In this document: in pieces, positions 29,970 to 37,597 of the stretch | Position numbering within the stretch: position 1 is the first letter of the stretch | Layout: the number at the start of each line of letters is the position of its first letter | Virus record (IMG/VR): IMGVR_UViG_3300044856_000241 | Span: 128,001-192,000 of that record | Source of the DNA: a virus | Taxonomy: Duplodnaviria > Caudoviricetes | Length of the DNA: 64,000 bases | Direction: 5' to 3' (one strand) | Notes under the pieces: model-generated | What the model was told of the DNA's origin: nothing | Databases searched by the model: none | Seen by the model: only the letters and a program-made list of their open reading frames with translations | Position numbers and translations under genes: made by a program

Positions 29970-30083
29970 AAATACATGCTGTACTTGTGGAAAATATAGA
30001 AAGAAAATTTTAAAATTAAATAAACAAGCTTATAGTATTAATATTTTGAAAAGTCTCATGCTCTGGCATGGGATTTTTTATTT

Positions 30084-30158
30084 TGGCTAATAGCTCAGTC
30101 CGGTTAGAGCACATGTTTGTTAAACATGGGGTCGTAGGTTCGAAGCCTACTTAGCCAG
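30084..30158 (+). tRNA. tRNA-Asn(GTT)
   Basis: TGGCTAA/TTAGCCA acceptor; CATGT-TTGTTAA-ACATG; GTAGG-TTCGAAG-CCTAC. Confidence 0.93.
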
Positions 30159-30207
30159 TTACTCTCCCGCCGTGCGGGAAATTTTAATGAAATGGATGTG
30201 AATTATT

Positions 30208-30384
30208 ATTTTATCTATCAATAGAAAAGAACGCGATGAGTTACTTAAAATGGGGGTTAGATTAGGTTCTGGCGGAATCAGTTGTACTCATAGTAGACAT
30301 TCCGGAATTTCATATTTTCTTTGCGAATCCGAGTGGAATGTTTGTAAATTGGAGAAAATTCGTGATCGCGTGAAAATTAAATAA
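30208..30384 (+). CDS. small hypothetical protein (ATT start proposed)
   Basis: 58 open codons (I/M)LSINRKERDELLKMG...YFLCES; GGATGTGA SD-like site 6 nt upstream; in-frame stop just before. Confidence 0.55.
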   Translation: MLSINRKERDELLKMGVRLGSGGISCTHSRHSGISYFLCESEWNVCKLEKIRDRVKIK

Positions 30385-30401
30385 AAAATACATAATGAAA
30401 G

Positions 30402-31856
30402 GTGGTTTCACCCATCAGTAAGAAGAAAAAAGAAATATCTCTTGAAGTAATCGGCGGTAACGCCGAAGGAGTAACAGGGTCTTGTACAAAAATAGAATTC
30501 TTTGGCAGAACAATCCTATTTGAACTAGGTATGGTTCAGGACAATACTACGGTATTAGAAAATTATAAAGCAAATTGTGCCATTATGAATAAAGTAAAAG
30601 CTAGGTCAATAGAAATGGTTGTTGTAGGACACAATCATTGTGATCACATTGCTTTAATCCCAATGCTATTTGCTCGCGGAAATACTGATGTAAGAATTAT
30701 TGTTCCGAAAAACAGTACGTCTATCATTAGAGAAATGTGGCTGGATTGTTGCTATATTAATACAAGAGATATTGAGGCTTTAAATAGAAAAGGTGATAAA
30801 TCTTATACTCCACTTTATACAGAATATGAAGTTGAACAGGCTTTATCACATATAGAAGAAATACCAGTTGGCGAAGTAGTTACATTGGATGAAAATGTAG
30901 CAATCAGATATACACCAGCAGGTCATATTTTATGTTCTTGTCAGACGGAATTATATATCAATGGTGGTTCTCACACTAAAAAAATCTTATTTACGTCTGA
31001 TCTTGGCAATCGAATGATTGAAGATAGAAAATTCTTTGTAGAACCGTTTGAACCAGTAGCAAATGCTCAGATTGTACTTGGCGAATGCACTTACGGCAGA
31101 CGAAAAGGTTCTATGTCAAAAAAGGATATCCAGTTAGATAAAGATAAAATGAAAACTGTAATTGAGCAGTATTGTGTTGATAATAAGCATCGTGTACTAA
31201 TCCCGACGTTTTCTCTCGATCGCACCCCTTTTATTATATGGGAATTATATAAATTATTTGGAAAAGATGAGAATTTTAAAGTACCGGTGTTGGTTGACAG
31301 TCCTTTAGCAAACAGACTGCTGGATTGTTACTCTTCTATTCTTGAAGGAGAAGCGAAAGAACAATTCGATGAGATGATGTCTTGGAGTAATCTGAGGAGA
31401 ATTGTTAGCCCAGAAGAAAGTAAGGCTGCAGTTGCGGATAAAAGTGCAAAGGTTATTTTGAGTTCATCCGGGATGATTTCTGCGGGGAGATCGGTGAAGT
31501 GGTCGCAAAACATTTTGCCGAACGAAAATGATTGTATTCTCTTTATCGGATATGCTGGTGTTGATACTTTGGCATGGAAAATAAAAAACTGCCAGGATCA
31601 GAAGACAATTAATATCTGTGGGAAGCCATATGCGAATAAATGTGCAATTGTTGATTTACATTCATATTCTTCTCATATGCAGCGACAGGATTTATTGAAT
31701 TACTATAAATCTATCAACACAGAAAAAATTTATCTAATTCATGGTGACAAACAGGCACGTTTGGAATTTAAGGAGGATCTTGAAAATGAACTTGAGAAAA
31801 GCTTATCTTCTGCTCGTGTTGTGATTGTCAACAAAGGAACAAAAATTAAATTATAA
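30402..31856 (+). CDS. MBL-fold beta-CASP nuclease
   Basis: VTGSC, HNHCDH, AGHIL, SDLG, ECTYG, SSSGM..AGR, SSH, IHGD motifs; likely start ATC at 30414. Confidence 0.88.
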   Translation: MVSPISKKKKEISLEVIGGNAEGVTGSCTKIEFFGRTILFELGMVQDNTTVLENYKANCAIMNKVKARSIEMVVVGHNHCDHIALIPMLFARGNTDVRIIVPKNSTSIIREMWLDCCYINTRDIEALNRKGDKSYTPLYTEYEVEQALSHIEEIPVGEVVTLDENVAIRYTPAGHILCSCQTELYINGGSHTKKILFTSDLGNRMIEDRKFFVEPFEPVANAQIVLGECTYGRRKGSMSKKDIQLDKDKMKTVIEQYCVDNKHRVLIPTFSLDRTPFIIWELYKLFGKDENFKVPVLVDSPLANRLLDCYSSILEGEAKEQFDEMMSWSNLRRIVSPEESKAAVADKSAKVILSSSGMISAGRSVKWSQNILPNENDCILFIGYAGVDTLAWKIKNCQDQKTINICGKPYANKCAIVDLHSYSSHMQRQDLLNYYKSINTEKIYLIHGDKQARLEFKEDLENELEKSLSSARVVIVNKGTKIKL

Positions 31857-31898
31857 TCCCAAATGGGAAATTTATAGAATTATGGAGGCTTTTAGCCT

Positions 31899-32549
31899 AT
31901 GGAGAAAAAGGAAAATAGTGCAGATACATTTATTTTTGCAACAGAAGTTGAACCAATTCAAGATTTAGCAGATTTAAAACTGCCGGATCCGACATTATTG
32001 GATTATTACTTACGTAGACAAGATAGATGTATCTTATGGAATGATGATATTGAAGATGATTTTGTGGAAATTTATCAGGACATTCTTCGATGGAATAAAG
32101 AAGATATTGGGAAAAATGTTTCTGAAATGAAACCAATCCGTGTTTATATTAATTCAGACGGTGGTAGTGTTTCTGCTGTATTTGCAATTATTGATTTACT
32201 TCTGATTAGTAAAACACCGGTAATTACAATTGGTCTTGGTAAATGTTATTCAAGCGGTGGCTTATTGCTTATGGCTGGACAGAAAAGGCTGATGTTACCA
32301 AATTGCACTGTGCTCATTCATGATGGTCAGAGCGGATCATATGGCGCAATCGGTAAGATGTTAGATAATTTTGAGTTTACAAAGGAACTCGAAGTAAAAA
32401 TCAAGAAATATATTTTATCTCGTACAAATATTTCTGAAGAAGAATATGATAAAAATTACCGTCGTGATTGGTGGATTTTTGCTGATGATGCGGTAGATAA
32501 ATATCATATTGCGGATAAAATTGTGACTGATATTACAGAAATCATCTAA
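31899..32549 (+). CDS. clpP: ClpP-like protease proteolytic subunit
   Basis: PIRVYINSDGGSV, CYSSGGLLLMAG (catalytic Ser), LIHDG (His), RDWW. Confidence 0.85.
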   Translation: MEKKENSADTFIFATEVEPIQDLADLKLPDPTLLDYYLRRQDRCILWNDDIEDDFVEIYQDILRWNKEDIGKNVSEMKPIRVYINSDGGSVSAVFAIIDLLLISKTPVITIGLGKCYSSGGLLLMAGQKRLMLPNCTVLIHDGQSGSYGAIGKMLDNFEFTKELEVKIKKYILSRTNISEEEYDKNYRRDWWIFADDAVDKYHIADKIVTDITEII

Positions 32550-32630
32550 TTACATAACGAACTATTAAGGAGAGTGTACTGCTCTCTTATTTTATTGAAA
32601 AATATTATGATTTAAAAGGAGAAAAAGGAA

Positions 32631-32852
32631 ATGGCAGCTTTTACACATAAAAGAACTGTTACTGAAACAATGAAAATTACAGGAATTATCGATACAGACC
32701 GTATGGTGATTGATGTTGATGGTGAAGAGAAAAAATTAGCTACTCTTCTGAGCGTCTTCAATGGTGGTGGAATTGAGTTAAATGTAAAAATTAAGGATGA
32801 GGAAGAACTTCCTGAGCCGACAGCAGATGAAGAAGAGTCTGATGATATGTAA
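32631..32852 (+). CDS. YonK-like protein
   Basis: 73-aa acidic protein preceding the phosphoesterase, as in SPbeta-like phages. Confidence 0.55.
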   Translation: MAAFTHKRTVTETMKITGIIDTDRMVIDVDGEEKKLATLLSVFNGGGIELNVKIKDEEELPEPTADEEESDDM

Positions 32853-32866
32853 GGCGGTGGGTTATC

Positions 32867-33844
32867 ATAGTTGATTTACATAGATTAGAAAATGAAACTG
32901 ATTTTGAATGGAAGCTTCGCTGTTGTCTTGCAAAAAAGAGAAAAGAAACTGATATGGACTGGATTGAAATCAGAGATATGCTTGGGTTATCAATCACTCC
33001 AGATCAGTTACGAAAACAGGCGGTTGGATATGAAGAATATGATAATTACATTAATGGATATGGCGGTGTAGCCACAACTATTCTATCAATCTCCGACCTA
33101 CATGTTCCATTCCAATTATCTTATGAATTATTATCTAAATATCGAAATGTAGATATTCTTCAGATCAATGGCGATGTCGTTGATTGTCAAGCCCTCTCGC
33201 GTTTTCCGAAACAATATAGAATTTCACCTATGGATGAAATGATTCAGGGACGACAATATCTTATTGATTTAATCAAGTACATTAATCCTAAAAAAGTTAT
33301 TTGTAACTATGGAAATCACGATGTCCGCTTTTCTAATTATTTTGCCAAAAATATTGATACCGACATTTTACAGTTACAACCAAACACTTCTCTTGAATTA
33401 ATTTTTGATGATGGATTCAGAAATTATGACAAATTGAATAAAACAAAAACATGGTACGAACCTCTTACAAATGTATTTGATGATACAGGAATTGATATCC
33501 AGTTTGTAGATGATTGGAAAGTAAAAATCGGCAAAACATGGTTTGTTCATCCGCTGTCATATCGATCAAATATTCTTGCAACAGCTGATAAAGCAAAAGA
33601 TTTTCTACAGGACACTGATCCAGAATCTTTTGATTGTGTTGTTATGGCACATACACATTCAGTTGGTGATGCTGAAAAGGGGTATATTAGATTAATCGAA
33701 CAGGGTGCATTCTGTGATGTTGCAAAAATGAGATATTCTGATGGAAAATTACAAAAACCACAGAAAATGGGCTTTGCAATTATTTGTCAGGATAAAGATG
33801 GAAAATTAATCAAAGATAAAACGAAAGTGAATGTATTAGGATAA
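32867..33844 (+). CDS. calcineurin-like metallophosphoesterase (ATA/ATC start proposed)
   Basis: ISDLH, GDVVD, GNHD, AHTH motifs; frame open 29 codons upstream of 32954 back to AAGGCGGTGG SD. Confidence 0.85.
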   Translation: MVDLHRLENETDFEWKLRCCLAKKRKETDMDWIEIRDMLGLSITPDQLRKQAVGYEEYDNYINGYGGVATTILSISDLHVPFQLSYELLSKYRNVDILQINGDVVDCQALSRFPKQYRISPMDEMIQGRQYLIDLIKYINPKKVICNYGNHDVRFSNYFAKNIDTDILQLQPNTSLELIFDDGFRNYDKLNKTKTWYEPLTNVFDDTGIDIQFVDDWKVKIGKTWFVHPLSYRSNILATADKAKDFLQDTDPESFDCVVMAHTHSVGDAEKGYIRLIEQGAFCDVAKMRYSDGKLQKPQKMGFAIICQDKDGKLIKDKTKVNVLG

Positions 33845-33847
33845 AAC

Positions 33848-34003
33848 ATGGAAGAAAATTATACGGAAATTCCAATGATTTCTTATGAAGATATGATTAA
33901 ACATATTTCAGAGAAACATAACATCCCAGAAGATACTGTTCAGACAGTATTAGATGCTGAAGCAGAATATCTGATGGAGCTTGGAATTATTGAAACTGAA
34001 TAA
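33848..34003 (+). CDS. small protein resembling HU N-terminal helices (51 aa, not in ORF track)
   Basis: EDMIKHISEKHNIPEDTVQTVLDAEAEYL. Confidence 0.55.
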   Translation: MEENYTEIPMISYEDMIKHISEKHNIPEDTVQTVLDAEAEYLMELGIIETE

Positions 34004-34011
34004 ATGAAGAA

Positions 34012-34375
34012 ACGTCACCAGTTATCAAGATATGCAAATCAAATTTTATGAGAGTTTGACCTACGGCTCAAGATGGCAGATTATAGATTATTTGCTGGGT
34101 AATCTACGCCAGTGCGCTCTGACAAATTCCCATCGGTTAAGACGAAAACGCCAGTACACATGGACGAATACAATATAAGGAAAAATTTTCGCAAACATGT
34201 ATCCACCTGCCTTTCCTAAATTTTTACAAACTTTGGAAAAACTGGTGACGTGAAGTGTAGAGAAATCTACGAGATAGATTATATCAAATTATAAAACTAA
34301 ATACAAAAAAATAAAGTGTGCGGTCAGACACCCAACCAGACTCTCATAATTCGTGATCCTGGTCGCACACTTTAT
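34012..34375 (+). ncRNA. large structured non-coding RNA, unassigned
   Basis: 12-bp stem 34012-23/34240-51; 17-bp stem 34311-27/34359-75 with G-U pairs; 13-bp loop-loop pairing 34046-58/34337-49; GAAA tetraloop hairpin 34257-70. Confidence 0.65.
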
Positions 34376-34506
34376 CTATATATTGGGCAATATCGCCCTA
34401 TTTATACATGAGGGATTTGGCGGCAGATACCCTCTTTTTTGATGTGAATGGAGTTAATAACTCGAACAAAAAGAAAAATTATTTGAGAAAAAGGAGTACA
34501 AAAATT

Positions 34507-34785
34507 ATGAATAAACAGGAAATGATCACAGAAATCAGCACAAAGGTTGGCGGTACAAAGAAAGATGCAGGAATTTACCTGGACGCAGTTGTAGAGACAA
34601 TTACAGAGGCTCTGGCTAAACATGAAAAAATTGCACTGGTAGGTTTCGGTACATTTGAAGCGCGTCATCGTGATGCAAGAATTGCTCGTAATCCGCAGGA
34701 TGGCACAGAGATTCAGGTTCCAGAGATGTATGTTCCTTGCTTTAAGGCAGGCAAAGCATTAAAAGATGCTGTTAAAAATGCGTAA
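34507..34785 (+). CDS. hup: HU family DNA-binding protein
   Basis: MNKQEMI...IALVGFGTFEARHRDARIARNPQ...PCFKAGKALKDAV; AAAGGAG SD. Confidence 0.93.
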   Translation: MNKQEMITEISTKVGGTKKDAGIYLDAVVETITEALAKHEKIALVGFGTFEARHRDARIARNPQDGTEIQVPEMYVPCFKAGKALKDAVKNA

Positions 34786-34800
34786 TTAGGCGGTGTTTCT

Positions 34801-35400
34801 GTGAAAAATTCTAAAAATAAATACGAAGATTTAACAATCATTGACTTAAATGAACGTACTGATATTGAAAATTTATTCTTTGATGAACTGGAATGTGCTG
34901 ATCACACAGTAGGTATTGTAAGTGACAGATTTCTTATCGAGTATTTGCTTGACGAAGTAATTCAGTTAGATTACACAAGTATCAATTATATTGACTTAGC
35001 ACCAGACAGAATTGAGGATGAATTTATTATGTATGTAACTGCCGAAGGTTATATTACTGTTGCTCCTCTTGATGATGTTGGTTATTTATACCGACAGGAA
35101 GTTGTATTTATTGATATGGATAGTGTTGTTCAGCAGGATGTAATTGATTTATGTGTAAATGAAGATAAGGATGTTCGTTTGTTTGGACTTGCTGACGAAC
35201 CGGTTGCTTGCCATTGTTGCGAATGTGAATGTAATGATGGACGTAAGAAATTCCATATTAGCAAAGATTCTGATGGAAAATGTCATGGATTCTACGGAAG
35301 TTCATCTGGAGAAGATTTTGCTGAGAGTTATTCATACTATTCCAGCCAGGAACTGACAGATAATGATATTGTTAGGATTCTTCGTGCATTTTGGATGTAA
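34801..35400 (+). CDS. acidic hypothetical protein with Cys cluster
   Basis: GGCGGTG SD, GTG start. Confidence 0.75.
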   Translation: MKNSKNKYEDLTIIDLNERTDIENLFFDELECADHTVGIVSDRFLIEYLLDEVIQLDYTSINYIDLAPDRIEDEFIMYVTAEGYITVAPLDDVGYLYRQEVVFIDMDSVVQQDVIDLCVNEDKDVRLFGLADEPVACHCCECECNDGRKKFHISKDSDGKCHGFYGSSSGEDFAESYSYYSSQELTDNDIVRILRAFWM

Positions 35401-35473
35401 AAAAATAAGATAAGGAATTTTGTGAGACTCGTAGGTAATACGGGTCTCTTTTTATTATAAGGATAAAATTTAT

Positions 35474-36273
35474 TTGATCGATTATAGAGAAAATAATAAA
35501 TGGACTGTATACATCCATATTTCTCCATCTAACAAATATTATGTTGGGATTACATCACAAAAAAGAGTAAATGGTAGATGGAAAAATGGAAAAGGTTATA
35601 AGAAAAATCCACATTTTACAAGAGCTATTGAAAAATATGGATGGGACAATTTCCAACATGAAATTTTTGCTGAACATCTTACTAAAGATGAAGCATGTAA
35701 TATGGAAATTACTTTAATCAAGGTATTAAAAGCAAATGATTATCATTATGGATACAATATTTGTTCTGGGGGAGAAGGAACCACTGGGTTATATGGCGAA
35801 AAGAATCATAATTATGGTAAACATTGGACTGATGAACAAAAGAAACGAATGAGTAATATGAAAAAGGTCAAACATGTAAATTTATCCGAAGAAGGACGAA
35901 AACATAAGGCACAATTAATGAATGACAGATGGGCTGACCCTGAATACAGAGAGAAAATGACAGGGGAAAATGCACCTGCTTATGGTAAGACTGGTGAAAA
36001 ACATCCTTTGTATGGTAAAAGAGGGCACAATGTGCTGGTTCAAAAAAGGTTATTTGCTTAAATACAAAAGAAGTTTTTGTTTCTGCAAAAGCTGCATGTG
36101 AAAACAAACATTGCAATCATTCTAAATTGTGTATGTGTTGTAGAGGTGAGAGAAAATCTTGTGGTAAAGACGAAAATGGGAATACTTTACACTGGATGTT
36201 TTATACAGACTATTTAAAGAAAAATAACTTAACTGATAGTGAGGCTCGTAGGAGTCTCTTTTTTGTTGAATAA
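35474..36273 (+). pseudogene. GIY-YIG homing endonuclease with NUMOD-type repeats, 1-nt frameshift near 36024
   Basis: WTVYIH...YYVGITSQ...RWKNGKGY...YGYNI; alternate frame continues SKKVICLNTKEVF...CCRGERKSCG...HWMFY to TAA 36273. Confidence 0.8.
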
Positions 36274-36288
36274 GGAAGTGATTATAAA

Positions 36289-37332
36289 TTGATCGTAAAT
36301 GTACATGCTGGACATAATCCAGCCGGACGAATTGCTTGTGGAGCAGTCGGATTATTGGATGAGTCCAAAGAAAATCGTTTAGTAAAGAACGAGCTTATTA
36401 AATATTTAAAACAGGGTGGAGTTACAGTATACGACTGTACTGAAGATAACGGTACTTCTCAGGGTGATGTGCTGAAGAAAATTGTTGCGAAATGTAACGC
36501 CCATGCTGTAGATTGGGATTTCTCACTCCATCTGAACTCAGGGCGCAATGATTTTAATGGAGATGGTAAACAGGCTGGAACAGAAATTCATATTAGCGCA
36601 GACAATAAAGGAAAACGTGCTGTTGCACAGAGAATTTTGGATCGTATGAAAGCAATTGGCTTTAATACTTCTCGTGGTATTAAAATTCGTAATGATTTAT
36701 ATGTACTAAATCATACTAATGCTCCTGCAATTCTGATTGAAATCTGTTTTGTCGATGATCGTGATGACTATAACCAGTATACGAAAGTCGGATATAAAGC
36801 AGTTGCTAAAGCTATCGCGGAGGGCATTATGAATCGTACAATCAATGACGGAACAACAACTAGTACCGTTCAAAAAGATGGTCTTGTCAATCAGCCAGCA
36901 GCTGATGGCAACTGGTATTATTATAAAAATGGACAGGTAGCGACCGGATTTACAGGTGTTGTACAGAATGTTAATGGCTGGTTCTATGTAAGAAACGGTA
37001 AAGTTGATTTTAATGCTAATACCGTAGCCCAGAATGAGAACGGCTGGTGGAAAATCACGAATGGAGCCGTGGATTTTGACTATACAGGAATTGCTCAAAA
37101 CGAAAACGGATGGTGGCGCATTGAAAAAGGAAAAGTCAACTTCAATTTTAATGGGCTTGCTCAAAATGAGAATGGTTGGTTTTATTTAAAGGGCGGAGCT
37201 GTTGACTTTACATATACAGGACTTGCAGCAAACGACCAGGGAATCTGGTATGTTAAAGATGGTAAAGTACAATTTACAAACGGAACATTTAATATTCCAT
37301 GTAAATTTACCAATGGAAAGTTGACTGTTTAG
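36289..37332 (+). CDS. N-acetylmuramoyl-L-alanine amidase (Amidase_3) with cell-wall-binding repeats
   Basis: VHAGH, E, SLHLN, ILIEICFVD; C-terminal QNENGWW..NG.VDF.Y.G repeats. Confidence 0.9.
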   Translation: MIVNVHAGHNPAGRIACGAVGLLDESKENRLVKNELIKYLKQGGVTVYDCTEDNGTSQGDVLKKIVAKCNAHAVDWDFSLHLNSGRNDFNGDGKQAGTEIHISADNKGKRAVAQRILDRMKAIGFNTSRGIKIRNDLYVLNHTNAPAILIEICFVDDRDDYNQYTKVGYKAVAKAIAEGIMNRTINDGTTTSTVQKDGLVNQPAADGNWYYYKNGQVATGFTGVVQNVNGWFYVRNGKVDFNANTVAQNENGWWKITNGAVDFDYTGIAQNENGWWRIEKGKVNFNFNGLAQNENGWFYLKGGAVDFTYTGLAANDQGIWYVKDGKVQFTNGTFNIPCKFTNGKLTV

Positions 37333-37356
37333 GCTGATTAATAAATTAAATAATTC

Positions 37357-37388
37357 AGAGCGTATGGAGTAATCCATGCGCTCTTTTT
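37357..37388 (+). terminator. intrinsic terminator after the amidase
   Basis: AGAGCGTATGGA-GTAA-TCCATGCGCTCT plus T run. Confidence 0.75.
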
Positions 37389-37487
37389 AGTGGTGTGGTT
37401 TTTAGAGATGGTTCGACTCCTCTCTCACTGTTATAAGAAATCATATATTTGCCAACTTCCGGTGTCACAGCCAGTTGTGGGATTTTG

Positions 37488-37590
37488 GAATGGGAATATC
37501 AGAAGTCATGAGCTGATATAGCAGAGCATCCTTACCCGCTCTCTCCCATTCTTTTTATTAGATATGGGTAAGGACGAAAGGGTAAGGTGA
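37488..37590 (+). ncRNA. three-way-junction leader RNA with anti-SD loop (copy A)
   Basis: P1 GAATGGGA/TCCCATTC, P2 ATATCAG/CTGATAT, P3 AGAGC/GCTCT; P3 loop TCCTTACCC complementary to GGGTAAGG at 37566 and 37580. Confidence 0.65.
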
Positions 37591-37597
37591 ATTATTT

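Noticed and set aside
28696-36273. Programmed frameshifting or genetic-code reassignment explaining the split iscB and GIY-YIG genes
   Set aside because: No slippery heptamer with a stimulator at the inferred break points, all essential genes are intact under the standard code, and no suppressor tRNA is present; simple 1-nt deletions or read errors suffice
36289-37332. Complete lysis cassette
   Set aside because: No holin-like gene is adjacent; reported only as an amidase
37389-37430. tRNA-like GGTTCGACTCC T-loop fragment
   Set aside because: Only a T-arm-like hairpin; no D or anticodon arm, so not called as a tRNA or att site
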